A stretch of 62,973 nt of DNA, filler included, from Octopus bimaculoides (GCF_001194135.2; 7 parts of 6 records of this genome joined end to end with filler, not necessarily neighbours in it), one strand, 5' to 3'. Positions 26,574 to 39,399 are shown, numbered from the whole stretch's first letter. Made by a program: numbers and translations. The notes: generated by a model not told the origin, from the sequence alone.

Positions 26574-26797
26574 TGATGATGATAACAATAATCCTTTCTA
26601 CTACAGGCACAGGGCCTGAAATTTGAAGGGAGGGTATGCTCAGTCACATTGACCTCAGTATTTGACTGGCACTTAATTTATTGATCCTGAAAGGATGAAA
26701 AGCAATGTCGACCTCGGTGGAATTTGAACTCAGAACGTAGCGACAGACGAAATACTGCTAAGCATTTCGCCCGGCGTGCTAACGATTCTACCATCTC
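26328..26797 (-). mobile_element. Head-to-tail dimer of SINE family A joined by (AAT)n/(GAT)n
   Basis: Copies 26328-26527 and 26592-26797 with intact A box (AGCTGGCAGAATCGTT in the first) and B box. Confidence 0.9.
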
Positions 26798-26809
26798 CCA
26801 TAATAATGA

Positions 26810-27170
26810 TGATTTCTTTTATTTGCCACCAGGGTGAAGGTTGAGGAGGACAATACAAGGACAGACATAAAGTGGTGGTGGTGGTGGTGGTGTGTTTTTT
26901 TTTTTTACATATAATGAAATGAGCAAAAAACATTGAAAGTATACACGGTATACAATGAGACAAAGAAGGCAAATATATATATAGTATACAACAGTAAAAA
27001 CAAAACAAAGAAAAAGGACGATGATTGTGACGTCGTCCTCCTGGTACAGGAGGACCTCTAGGGATAATCGAGAAAGCCCATCGTCCAAGGTCTCCTCGAA
27101 CTCCAAGGAAAGTGCCCTCTCCAATCCCTTTTCTCCGAGACTCACAGGTCCACACTTAGAGTGATACCCT
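26810..27170 (-). mobile_element. Probable LINE 3' end (L1/Tx1-like 3' UTR ending in AATAAA)
   Basis: GC-rich segment grading into a T-rich UTR and ending GGTGGCAAATAAAAGAAAT. The last about 60 nt resemble the tail of the SINEs at 54856 and 56800. Clade is inferred only. Confidence 0.35.
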
Positions 27171-27182
27171 CCATTAATACGC

Positions 27183-27570
27183 CTTTCTGCTACAAGGCCT
27201 AAAATTATGGAGGAGGGGTCTATCGGTTACATCGACCCCGGTTCTCAGTTGGTACCTATTTTATCAACCTGAGAAGGATGAAAGTCAAAGTTGATCACGG
27301 CCGGATTTGAACACAGAACACAAAAGATGAAATGCTGGTAAGCGTTTTGTCAGGTGCGGTAACGATTCTGCCAGTTCACGCCACCTTAAATGTTTCAATT
27401 TTTGGTACAAAGCCAGCAATTTTGGGGAGGGCTAAATCGATTACATCGATCCCAGTGCTCAACTGGTACTTCATCGATTCCGAAGGGATGAAAGGCAAAG
27501 AAGACGTCGGCGTGATTGGAACTCGAAACGTAACGAGTCGGGAGAAATACCACTGAGCGTTTTGTCCGAT
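27183..27570 (-). mobile_element. Head-to-tail dimer of SINE family A
   Basis: Copies 27183-27387 and 27390-27570. Confidence 0.85.
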
Positions 27571-27791
27571 GATGATGAAAAACATTCTAAGAATAGAATC
27601 TAAAGAATATATAAATCTTACACGAAAACTGTTAGATAAGGAATAAATGTTTATAGAAAGGTAACTGCACAAAAAAATAAACGAAACAAAGGTTAAACTT
27701 AAAGGATTTACAAACAATACATTTTTTTTACCTGATGTAAGTGTATGTGTCTCTACAAATATATATGTATATATGTATGTATGTGTACATA

Positions 27792-27838
<47 letters not shown>

Positions 27839-29469
27839 NNNNNNNNNNNNNNNNNNNNNNNNNNNNNNNNNNNNNNNNNNNNNNNNNNNNNNNNNNNNNN
27901 NNNNNNNNNNNNNNNNNNNNNNNNNNNNNNNNNNNNNNNNNNNNNNNNNNNNNNNNNNNNNNNNNNNNNNNNNNNNNNNNNNNNNNNNNNNNNNNNNNNN
28001 NNNNNNNNNNNNNNNNNNNNNNNNNNNNNNNNNNNNNNNNNNNNNNNNNNNNNNNNNNNNNNNNNNNNNNNNNNNNNNNNNNNNNNNNNNNNNNNNNNNN
28101 NNNNNNNNNNNNNNNNNNNNNNNNNNNNNNNNNNNNNNNNNNNNNNNNNNNNNNNNNNNNNNNNNNNNNNNNNNNNNNNNNNNNNNNNNNNNNNNNNNNN
28201 NNNNNNNNNNNNNNNNNNNNNNNNNNNNNNNNNNNNNNNNNNNNNNNNNNNNNNNNNNNNNNNNNNNNNNNNNNNNNNNNNNNNNNNNNNNNNNNNNNNN
28301 NNNNNNNNNNNNNNNNNNNNNNNNNNNNNNNNNNNNNNNNNNNNNNNNNNNNNNNNNNNNNNNNNNNNNNNNNNNNNNNNNNNNNNNNNNNNNNNNNNNN
28401 NNNNNNNNNNNNNNNNNNNNNNNNNNNNNNNNNNNNNNNNNNNNNNNNNNNNNNNNNNNNNNNNNNNNNNNNNNNNNNNNNNNNNNNNNNNNNNNNNNNN
28501 NNNNNNNNNNNNNNNNNNNNNNNNNNNNNNNNNNNNNNNNNNNNNNNNNNNNNNNNNNNNNNNNNNNNNNNNNNNNNNNNNNNNNNNNNNNNNNNNNNNN
28601 NNNNNNNNNNNNNNNNNNNNNNNNNNNNNNNNNNNNNNNNNNNNNNNNNNNNNNNNNNNNNNNNNNNNNNATATATATATATATATATATATACATATAT
28701 AATGCGAACAATGAAACGTACATGCATACATAATACATACATGCATATATGTGTATATATACACACATACACACACATATATACAGAGAGAGGGGAGGGG
28801 AGAGAGAGAGTTTGTAGCCGTCTGTCGATGGGTGGTCGCACATTTTGGTAATAAAATATATTTTCTGTCACCGTGGTAATTGAAAAGCAATGTACTTCGT
28901 CTTACAGAAGAAACAAACCATTTGAACTAGTTATAAATTTTCTTTTAATTCAATTTAGTCATTATATAATAATTTTCTCTGATATCTATATGTTTGATAT
29001 AGATTGTTAAATATATCTGACATGTGAGCTAATCACTTCGACGTTTCACCATACCTTTTCGTCTAAATTCACTTACTGTCTTATTTTGTTTTGCTTTGTG
29101 CTTTTTTCTTTTGCTTTTTTTCTGAGCTTTACCTTCTTTTCCGTTTTATTTATATATTTTTCTCTTCTGTATTAGTCCTAATGCTCATATCGTATTTATG
29201 TTGATGTTTAGCTTGAGGGTGGCCTGATAGGGAAAACCGTTGATCAAAGGCGTACAAACACGACAACCGCGTATTTAGATATATTAAGAACTATCTTGGC
29301 CGTTAAAACCTTTCTTTCCTTTAAGGCGTGATTTATGAGAGTTTTAGCAGCTACTCCTAGCAGGTCCGGCACCAAATTAGAATCCACTTAACGTGACCCT
29401 TTTAAGTGTTAATTTTTATAAATGCATGTGGTCTGGAGTAGACCTGGAAACAAGAACACTAGCATAACA

Positions 29470-29950
29470 ACATTAAGTCACTGGATGGTAGCCATCAGCG
29501 TATCCAGGATATCCGGCACGATCCATACGTACTTACTCGCGATTGGTCCGGATCGAGTGGAGTGCTAATGCTGTTGCGAAAAACCCTGGATTTCTGGGTA
29601 AGGACGATCTTCCTGGATAATAATGATAATAGCCGGAAAGTAGCGCTTTTACCGCTGTTCACATCGTCGACAAGGGCAGAGCCTTCGTACTTTGTCTCGA
29701 TATGAGCAAAGAGATTGGATTTCTTCAAACGTTTATTATCATTCTTGGGAACGTGCTGCTTGTTAGTTGTTTGTTAACAGAGGACATGAGTAGCATTTTA
29801 GACGCATGCTAAGATTGTGTAGGAGCATCCGATATAAAAAATAGCCAGGATTTAAAACTTCGAAAACCCTGTTCAAGTTTGACCTGTCATACGGATACCG
29901 CCGGGATTTTGAGTGTTTCTCAAAGCAGACGTTGTCAAATACTACTAGTC
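29470..29950. promoter_or_regulatory. CpG-rich unique segment, candidate promoter/first exon
   Basis: High CpG density, donor GTAAGT on minus (exon would end at 29537) and GTAAGG on plus (29598). Lies just left of the CpG-depleted domain; no product recognised. Confidence 0.3.
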
Positions 29951-30287
29951 ATCTAGATCATATCAACATAGAATATTAGATACATTTTGGTTATCTCACC
30001 CCCATTAAAAAAATTGGGTTATCTCCCCACGTTTTATGAGAAATATTGGCACTTTTGGTTATCTCCCTCAACTAAAAAGATTGTTTAACCCTCAATAAAA
30101 CAAAGAAACGAAAGTAAAAAGATGAAACCTCTTATTGAATCTGATGATATCTTTATAACAAATTACACAAAACTGAAAAGATTAATAAACATGGAAACTG
30201 AAAAAATTAAACATCTTTTTGAATCTGATAACATTTTGAAACTAACAGTAACGCTTTAATACATGTACAGTGGCCTTTAATAAATAA

Positions 30288-30369
<82 letters not shown>

Positions 30370-30469
30370 NNNNNNNNNNNNNNNNNNNNNNNNNNNNNNN
30401 NNNNNNNNNNNNNTTAATTAATTAANNNNNNNNNNNNNNNNNNNNNNNNNNNNNNNNNNNNNNNNNNNN

Positions 30470-30665
30470 TAAGTCTCTGTCCATTTGCAGGGTCTTTAAG
30501 CTTCCACACCCTTCTCCTCCAAGCCGGTCTAATTCTGGGCACCCATTTTGCCTTGATCCCAAAGTCGCTAACTACTAATCTATGTTGTGGGGTACATTCT
30601 TCACCAGGGTAGGTTTTGGCATTTATAAGCCGCCCTCTTTCCCTATTTCTGGCGAGGATGTAGTC

Positions 30666-30668
<3 letters not shown>
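30470..30668 (-). mobile_element. RTE-type LINE endonuclease C-terminal fragment
   Basis: IDYILARNRERGRLINAKTYPGEECTPQHRLVVSDF matches the APE IDYIL..D.KV.PGE..QHRL motif. Confidence 0.85.
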
Positions 30669-30702
<34 letters not shown>

Positions 30703-30799
30703 GTGTGCATGTGTGTATGTATATATGTATATATGTATATGTATACATGCCAGCATAGAAAACAGACATTAAACGATGATGATGATAATGATGATTACT

Positions 30800-31768
30800 C
30801 AACAGAGTGTAAGTACCTTGAGAGAAAAGTTAGACCTAAGAAGCATCAGTTGTACAAGAGAGATGATTGCGCTGGTATGGACATGTGGTACGAATGGCTT
30901 AGGATAGCTGTGTGAAAAAGTGCCACACCCTAGCGGTTGAGGGAACCTGTAGAAGAGGTAGACTCAGGAAGACCTGGGATGAGGTGGTGAAGCACGACCT
31001 TCGAACTTTAGGCCTCTCCGAGGCAATGATTAGTGACTGAGACCTTTGGAAATATGCAGTACGTGAGAAGACCCGGCAAGCCAAGTAAGAGCATAATCTG
31101 TGGCCTCTGCCAGAAGTGTAGCCAGCTCACTTATTCATATCTTTACTTCATTGGACACTAAACTCTGCTTACGAACCATATTCGATGACTGGCACCTGTG
31201 CCAGTGGAGCACTANNNNNNNNNNNNNNNNNNNNNNNNNNNNNNNNNNNNNNNNNNNNNNNNNNNNNNNNNNNNNNNNNNNNNNNNNNNNNNNNNNNNNN
31301 NNNNNNNNNNNNNNNNNNNNNNNNNNNNNNNNNNNNNNNNNNNNNNNNNNNNNNNNNNNNNNNNNNNNNNNNNNNNNNNNNNNNNNNNNNNNNNNNNNNN
31401 NNNNNNNNNNNNNNNNNNNNNNNNNNNNNNNNCCTTACTGGCACTTGTGCTGGTGGCACATTAGAAAATCATTCGAGCGAGGTCATTGCCAGTGCCGCTG
31501 GACTGGCTCCTGTGCAGGTGGCACGTAAAAAACACCATTTTGAGCGTGGCCGTTGCTAGTACTGTGTGACTGGCCCTCGTGCCAGTGGCATGTAAAAGTA
31601 CCCACTACACTCTCGGAGTGGTTGGCATTAGGAAGGGCATCCAACTGTAGAAACTCTGCCAGATCAGATTGGAGCCTGGTGCAGCCATCCGGTTCACCAA
31701 TCCTCAGTCAAATCGTCCAACCCATGCTAGCATGGAAAGCGGACGTTAAATGATGATGATGATGATGA
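30800..31768 (+). mobile_element. 5'-truncated RTE (BovB-like) LINE: ORF end, 3' UTR and (GAT)n tail
   Basis: VSTLREKLDLRSI..LRWYGHVVRM..SCVKKCHTLAVEGTCRRGRLRKTWDEVVKHDLRTLGL, then UTR and AAGCGGACGTTAAATGATGATGAT. UTR-only copies at 32225-32420(-), 41050-41335(+), 46495-46647(+), 49530-49860(-), 52978-53250(-), 55925-55995(-), 57355-57525(+) and 61705-61900(-). Confidence 0.9.
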
Positions 31769-32687
31769 TAAACATACACACTTACACACACATACATACA
31801 TACATGCATACATACATACATACATACATACATACATACATACATACATACATACATACATAAATACATACATACAAGTATATATATACTTACATATACC
31901 TTTTGGAGATTACCAGAATCTATCATGCACCTTAATGTTTCTCGTGAGAGGTTAAAGGTGAAAATGTAAAAAAACGTCATTATATCTATGTGAACTGAGT
32001 GGTAAAGGATTTCTATAAAGCATTTGAAAAGGTTAATTAGACAAATCTTTTTTTATTATTTATGTTTTTATAATCTGATATTGTCAGTTCTGTGTGTCGT
32101 GTGAGAAGTATTTATGTTATGTTGAATAAGGAATCTCATTAAAGCTCATACATAGACCAAACATAAAATAACTCCCATTTGGCAGGTTATATTCAGATAA
32201 AAAAAAAAATAACAGTCACCTGATCAACATCATCATTTAATGTCTGCTTACCATACTGGCATGAATTGGGCAGTTTGACAGGAACTGGCAAACCGGATGA
32301 CTGCACCAAACTCTACTGTTTATTTGGCATGGATTCTGTGGCTGGGTGTCCTTCATAATGCTAACCACTCGGCTGAGTGTTCCGGGTGTTTTTTACATGG
32401 CATCAGTACCAGTGTGGTAAGTTGCAAGACAAGAACCCCTCAGCTGAGAGGAGAGTAATATTAAGGAAGATGTCTTACAGTAGGGGATATAAATGGCTAT
32501 CCTAGTTGGAAAAAGAAAGATAAGATGGTGAAGAAAGTGTGTCAGGGCATACACTCATTACAGGAGGGTGTATATAAACAAGGATTGTACAGAGGAGTGT
32601 ATAGGGTAAGTGGGGAAGTAAGACTGCAAGAGTGCAAATGGAGAGGCAAGGAATGCAATGAGTGAATCATAATAATAATAATAATTC

Positions 32688-33113
32688 TTTCAAATTTTGG
32701 TACAAGGCCAGCAATGTGAAGGGATCGGGTGGTCAATTACCTCAACCCAGTACTTGACTGGTACTTTATTTTTCTCAACTGCTGCTTTATCTTGACCTTA
32801 CTGATATTCTAACTCAGAATGTAAGGAACCAGAAGAAATGCTGCCGAACATTTTGTCCAATGCATGACCTTTTTCTGCCAGCTTGTCTATTAGTAATAGT
32901 AATCCTTTCTGCTATAAGCACAAGGCCTGAAGTTTGGTGAGAGGAGGTCAGCCAATTAGATCAACCCCAGTATGCAGTACTTAATTTATCGACCCCGAAA
33001 AGATGAAAGGCAAAGTCAACCTCAGCGGAATTTGAACTCAGAATGTAAAGATAAACGAAATACCATTAAGCATTTTACCCAGCGTGCTAACGATTCTGCC
33101 AGCTCACCACCTT
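32688..33113 (-). mobile_element. Head-to-tail dimer of SINE family A (old CpG-decayed copy plus younger copy)
   Basis: 32688-32885 is degenerate and CpG-poor; 32905-33113 is close to the other copies and keeps CpGs. Confidence 0.85.
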
Positions 33114-33845
33114 TAATAGTAATAATAATGAAAATAATTATAATAATATATACATGTGTTTGCTCCCTCTTTTACTTTGGGAGCAACTCTATGTGGCAGC
33201 AGCAACAGTCCCTAGTCAAAAATTTCCCACGGGTGTGTTCAATGCTGGCCAAATTCTAAATGCTACACACAAAACTGACGACAGAGTGCCATGGCAAGAT
33301 GAAATATTTTGGAAATTGATCCTAAGTCAATGCTAACATGATAAGCAACATGAAAATATGACTAGAGATCCCACATTCACACTTAAAAAAATACACAGAG
33401 GAGTTTGTATGTAGTTCACAGAGAAAATGCTAAATGTATCTACATGAAGAACTATATATTTATATATATATATTATATGTATATATANNNNNNNNNNNNN
33501 NNNNNNNNNNNNNNNNNNNNNNNNNNNNNNNNNNNNNNNNNTATATATATATATCACTCATAATCCAGTATCACTCATAATCCAGAAACGCGTCTACTGT
33601 TAACCTTCGGAATGGTTAGTTTTTCATTGTTTTTTTCTTCTTGTTTTTGCCTTTGTGAGTTACAAGTGATGCTATCTGTGGGATTCTCAGCTTTTTTAGC
33701 TGCTATTTCTGAACTTCGGTATATGGTGAAGCAAATATTTGCTGATCCCTTAATTATGTTTATATATATATATATATATATATATCGTCAGTGTATCATT
33801 ACTGTTCTAAAGCATAGAGTAGTAATGTATTTATATGCAATTAAG

Positions 33846-34039
33846 TATATGTTCAGTCATAGAGTGAGCAATGGTTTCATTTCCATAAAGGGCTTAGCCC
33901 CATGGACAACTCTTCAGACACCAAAGGTGTATAGGGTTGAAGATCTATATGCCTTCAGCTTTAGAGTCCGATGAGTCGTCCATGGGACCAAGCCCTTAAT
34001 AGATGCAAAACCATTGGTCATTCTATGACCGGGCATATA
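33846..34039. mobile_element. Fully palindromic MITE (about 90-bp arms, short loop)
   Basis: CAGTCATAGAGTGAGCAATGGTTT..GGGCTTAGCCCCATGGACAACTC pairs with GAGTCGTCCATGGGACCAAGCCC..AAACCATTGGTCATTCTATGACCG; TA-rich ends. Confidence 0.8.
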
Positions 34040-34066
34040 CTTAACTGAATATAAATAAATAAATAA

Positions 34067-34136
<70 letters not shown>

Positions 34137-34149
34137 ATGCATACTAGTC

Positions 34150-34960
34150 AGGTAATTAATTCCCTCTTACATTCTAAGAAGTATCTTAAGTAGTTGCAAC
34201 TGAAATATGCTTCGTCACACAGCATCAGGAATCTCAAACTTCAGATAGTGTTCATGTTGTTTGTCTCTGCCAAGAACATTAATGTAGTTGAGCAGTCTTC
34301 ATTCTCTATTAGAGTGCAGGAACCTCAAAAATATATTATCTGATATGATCTGTTGTTCGGTATGATAACTGTGACTAGCAAAGCCTACCCTGCATTGAGC
34401 AGTGATTGTAGATGCTTATTTGTCCATAAATCTCATCTTTGGCCTTGTGCTCTCACTATAAGATATTTAAACCTTCATGAGAACACTAGTGTACATTCCA
34501 ACAAGGCAATTTCAAAGTGCCTGTTCATAGTCCAGGCTTCAGCTCTACGGAAAACAATGGTTTTTTCTCTACAAAAGTCCTGAAGAAGGCAAACCTTCTT
34601 GACTTTAAAATAGTTAATTGCCAGATCTTTTGAAGCTTATTACAGGCAAACTTGTCCCATATATGTCAGAAAGTCTTTCTTACTGTCAGCAAAATATTTG
34701 AAATCACTGACTATGCCTCACCTTCATGCAGAAGTAATCAAAATGTCAACTGAACTTGTATCTTCTGACCTTGGCTATGCTAATGATATTGTCCTCACAA
34801 CTCATTCATTGTGTGATGCACAAGAATTGTTTATATCTTTTTGAGAAAACTGTAGCCAAAGTCAGTCTGTTTCTCAACGCAAAGAAAACTGAATTCATGA
34901 CCATCAATGAGTGTGAAAGCCACCCGTTAATTTGTTCCAACAATGGTAATTCAACTCAAG
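34150..34960. mobile_element. RTE-type LINE fragment with inverted 5' portion
   Basis: Plus 34755-34955: SDLGYANDIVLT..AKVSLFLNAKKTEFMTIN (RT). Minus 34715-34200: VSDFKY..DSKKDF..NKLQKIW..EAWTM and the degenerate RTE C-terminus. Confidence 0.8.
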
Positions 34961-37145
34961 AGAAGAAATAAGTTCCCAGAGGATAGAGTTCACAATTGGA
35001 TCTATTGCTGGATATTTTTATTCATTAATATTGATTAGAACCAAACTTGAAAAAAGTATGATTATTGCGCAATCTGGTTTCTCCTTTTCTATAAATACCT
35101 CTTATGTGAGAAATCAGTATTAAGTATTCAACAGATGTGTGTTTCTTGACATCAGAAGCCTAAATCTAAACCTATATACATGTCTATCCATGTTGAGAGA
35201 AATCCATCATAAATAGCTACGTAAGTAGAGTGTTGGGCAAGAATGTAGATGATTACATTGTTCCCCACTTACAGTATATTTCATATATTCCCATACAAAC
35301 AGACCTGAGCTTGCATAGCTTTTCTAAATTAATTTCATTTATGATTTTTATTTTATGCAATGTATATTAACATACAACATACTTGCTTAATTGTTCTTTA
35401 TTATGGAACAATAGTTTGTTCCTGCAACTATAAAAGGTACAATTAACAACCAACCTCAATCAAATTTCTCAACAATTTTATTGGTATAGGGAGCATATGT
35501 AAATTATGTATACTTCACTTTGGCATTTTTGACATACTTTTTTTTTCAACATTTGTACATACATATAGCACTTAATGAATCATTTCCTATCCCACCTGTC
35601 TGAGTACGTATTTGTAACTTAAAGGGAACTTGACTATAACTAACTTCCCAAAAGTATCAATAACATAGTAAGTCAAAATCATTTACCTCTTAAAAGTATC
35701 TTCAAAGAAGAAAGTAATAAGCAGTATATCTCAAAGATAAATACACTTTGAATTTAATCTTCCTCTTTTATAACATATTTATTATTCTTAAACAAGCATG
35801 TTGTAGACAGTGACTTCAAAGTTTCATCCATCTAAGCCATTGTCAGACTGCGATGCATTAGACTTAGTCTTGCCTTTATATAGTCTCCATTGAGTGTGTG
35901 TAGGTTTGAGTGGGGTGGTAATTAGTTTTTTATGGTTTGTTGTTATGGAGAGAAATTTTAATTGATTAAATTTGGGGTTATGTTATTGTTGAGAAGTTAT
36001 TCATCTATGTAGAACTTTATAACTAAGCCTTTAGGTGTTTCTCTTTTGTTGGGGAGGCACAAGATGTGACAATATTTTTGCTGCTTTTGGTATTATTGGA
36101 TTTAAACAAAGTCCAGTATTTGAGCCCTGAGTAACTGAGTATGTCACCTTTTCTTCACACAAGAATGTAGGTACATGGTAAGTTTAGGCTGGTCATTTCT
36201 TTACTTGTTGTTGTTATATAGTGTATTTCTTGTATTTATTTGTAAGGTGAGGGTCATTAGTCAGTCGTGTCATGGTTTTGTTAGTATGAAAAATTGTTAA
36301 GGCAGTGAGCTGGCAGAAATGCTAGCATGCCAGTCAAAATGCTTAGCGGTATTTCATCTGTCTTTACATTCTGAGTTCAAAATACGTCGAGGTCGACTTT
36401 GCCTTTCATCCTTTTGGGGGTCGATAAATTAAGTACCAGTTGCATACTTGGATCGATCTAATCGACTGGCCCTCTCCCCCAAAATTTCGGAACTTGTACC
36501 TAGAGTAGAAAAAAAAGTATGAAAAATTGTTTCTCTTGTGCTTTGATGTTCACAAAAGTATATGAGTAAAGGTTGTATGTCTATTTGTTTCTCTATAAGC
36601 ATTCATTGTTCTATTAGCATCTTGATTAGTATATAGGGATTTTAACTTCCTTATTTTATGGAGGTACAGTTTGTTTGTTGTTTGTTTATAAAATTTCAAA
36701 TTTTGTTCTAGATATATGCTAAAGTGGGGCTGATATAGAAGGTGTGTGTATATTCATGTATAAAAATGAGAACAAAAGTAAAATATAATTCTTAAAAAAA
36801 GATAAGAAAAAGGGGTTTTTCAGTTTGCTTGCATACAAGTATACATTTCATGTGTGTGTATGTTGGTTTGTCAGGATTTTGATTGGAAATAGAAAGACTT
36901 TTAGATCATTTCTAGAGTATTTGTTTACTTTAAAACTGTAAGGGGGTAAAGCTGTAAGAGCGTTTTCTTTTATTCTATATTATGAAGACGGTTTATGGCG
37001 AAGGAGGATGGAGAGGAGTTCGTGAGATATTAACAAGTTTAGCCATTAGAAAAGATTATTGGTTTAAAGTGTTTAAGCAATCTTAAGATTTTGTGCCTGC
37101 ATAAAGAGACTAATTCAGAGTTTTGGTTCAGTATTTGGTCCATGG

Positions 37146-37395
37146 TGGAGGCGCATGGTTTAGTGGTTAGGGTGTCAGCACCATGATCGTAAGATTGTGG
37201 TTTTGATTCCTGGACTGGGCGATGCATTGTGTTCTTGAGCAAAACACTTCATTTCACGTTGCTCCAGTCCACTCAGCTGGCAAAAATGAGTAACGCTGCA
37301 ATGGACAGGCGTCCTGTCCAGCTGGGGAACACAAACGCCATTGAAACCGGGAAACCGAGCCCATGAGCCTGGCTAGGCTTTAAAAAGGCGCATTT
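37146..37395 (+). mobile_element. tRNA-derived SINE (family D head, different tail)
   Basis: GGAGGCGCATGGTTTAGTGGTTAGGG head and GTGTTCTTGAGCAAAACACTTCATTTCACG core. Confidence 0.85.
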
Positions 37396-37419
37396 ATTAT
37401 CTTATTTTTATTTGGTCCA

Positions 37420-38760
37420 TGAATGTTAGAATGTGACAGGATTCATTTGTACAAAGATGGTAGGGTTTATTATTACCTTGGTATGGTTGTGCATGTGAGA
37501 GTATTTTCCACTTAATGCTAAACAGACTTTTTTTTTTTAATTGCTATATATGTTTGAATAGTGGCATATCATTTTTCCTGTTTGGGTTGCAAAAAGTGTG
37601 CATGGGCTGGTTGTATTGTGTCTTGAATTTGTTTGCTGTAGAACCTATGTATGTAGATATAGTAGTTGGTGTTGTATTTGTTGTTACCATTGCGCTATAT
37701 ATGATATTTCTTGAGGGATATTTTCCTTGTTGAGGGCAGGATGAAGGTGTTCTACAATTGCAATGTGTGTGTGGTTTAGATTTTCAATTTGAGACAATTT
37801 GGCTGCAGTCTTTTTTTAAGTTGTTGGTAGTGAAATATAAAAAATTATGCTTGTTTATTAGTTTGTAATATTTGTAGTTGGGATGGAAGTGTTTCTGCAA
37901 TATTTTGAAGAATAATTTAGCTATTGATGTGGAGACATGTATGCTAAAGGGGTGACTATACCAGATAATCTTCCTTTTTCTATTCTTATGTATTTTATTT
38001 ATTGTGGGAGGATTGCTGCTTATATATTACACTTTTTTACTTTTAACCATGATTATTGAGAGCTTCATTATATGGAGTTACTATTTCATTTAGTATTTTT
38101 TCATTTGAAGATAAAGGGGAAAGTCTGAAGGATATGTTTTTATAGGTTTTTGATAATGATTTTAGGGTGGATTGTTTACATATATACTGAATTTTTTCAT
38201 TATCTTTTTTGTATGGTTTATAGATACTTAATTCCAGGTCAAGAGTAACATCTAGGAAGTTGACTAACTTTAGTTGTGTTTCTACAATGATTGAGAAGCC
38301 CAAATTTTCGAAGTGATGTAGATCCTTCCTAAATTTATCAGTTTTTTTGTGGGTCATATTTTCTTAGTAAGAATAGACCATCTGAGATAGATCAAAATTT
38401 GTTGTGTAATTTTCCTAATATGTAAAAATCCACAATGTCACTAATCTCTGCAGAGTTGTTTGATCCCATGCTTACATCAATTGGTTCTTTAATGTTTTCC
38501 CTAATCTGGAAAGCATTGTTGTGAAAGAGGAGTGATTTTCTTGCTTGCAGTATTGTTTCTATTTTGGTGTTATTTTTTGTGGTTATGATTTTAGCAAAGT
38601 TCAAAGCAACTATAAGGATAGGTTTTGTTACTGATGCATAATAATTTTATTGATATTGTGTGACAATCCCTCTTTTATAATATACATATTTTCGTGTACA
38701 CTTTTCCGAGGCATTTGATTTCACTTATTTCAACATTGGGTCATGTACCTCAAAGTGATA
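37420..38760 (-). mobile_element. Penelope-like element (RT, Cys-rich linker, GIY-YIG), decayed; Neptune-type architecture
   Basis: YASVTKPILIVALNFAK, ARKSLLF..DVSMGSNNSAEISDIVDFYIL, VNFLDVTLDL..YKPY, RKRKIIWY, KHFHPNYKYYKLIN, CNCRTPSSCPQQG and YIGSTANKFK. Likely extends as degenerate 3' sequence towards 35900. Confidence 0.9.
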
Positions 38761-39399
38761 AATTTAAAAGCTTCTCATTTCTGTCTTGTTTCTTTTCTTT
38801 TCCATGACAGTTTGTGACCAAGAGCACCATGGTTTATGAGGTTCCAATGGACTAATCACTGGTTTACTGCATATCAAATGGGGAGAGCAGCAAAGGAGTG
38901 TCAGGAGCTTGGGATTCACTGAAACAACTGGGGTGGGGGGAAGCGGGGTGGGAGGTTGAGGGAGGGGGCACTGATGTTTACCTCCTCCATTGATATATGA
39001 CAAAGATATAAATATACACATACATGCAAGCATACATATACATACATGAGTGTGGACTACCAGAAAGTCTTTTACAGCATACCACATGGGTAGATTTCCA
39101 AAGCACTTCCATTAGACAAACTCCCACCACTATCAGTAGCTGCCACCCACCTGGTACTCCTCCTAATTCTTAGAGCTAACAATGAACATATAAAAACTGA
39201 CACTAGACACTACCAAAAGCAGCATCCTTCAAGGCACCTGTCAGTATCACCATTTTTTTCTTTTATTAAACCCTCTGCCATACCTAATCATGGAACATAC
39301 CAGCTAAAGGAAGGGATTGAGTAACACCTCTTCCCTTTTCTTTGTTGATGATCTGAAGTTGTATGGGTCAAGTATTAATTACATCTGAACCTCATAACC

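Noticed and set aside
27376-28890. Very long ORFs (also 8060-9066, 43875-45003, 3594-4130)
   Set aside because: They consist of X from N gaps plus translated (TA)/(CA) repeats.
30470-31768. A second 5'-inversion formed by the minus endonuclease piece and the plus RTE 3' end
   Set aside because: The pieces are far apart on the element and separated by microsatellite and another tail; independent insertions are simpler.
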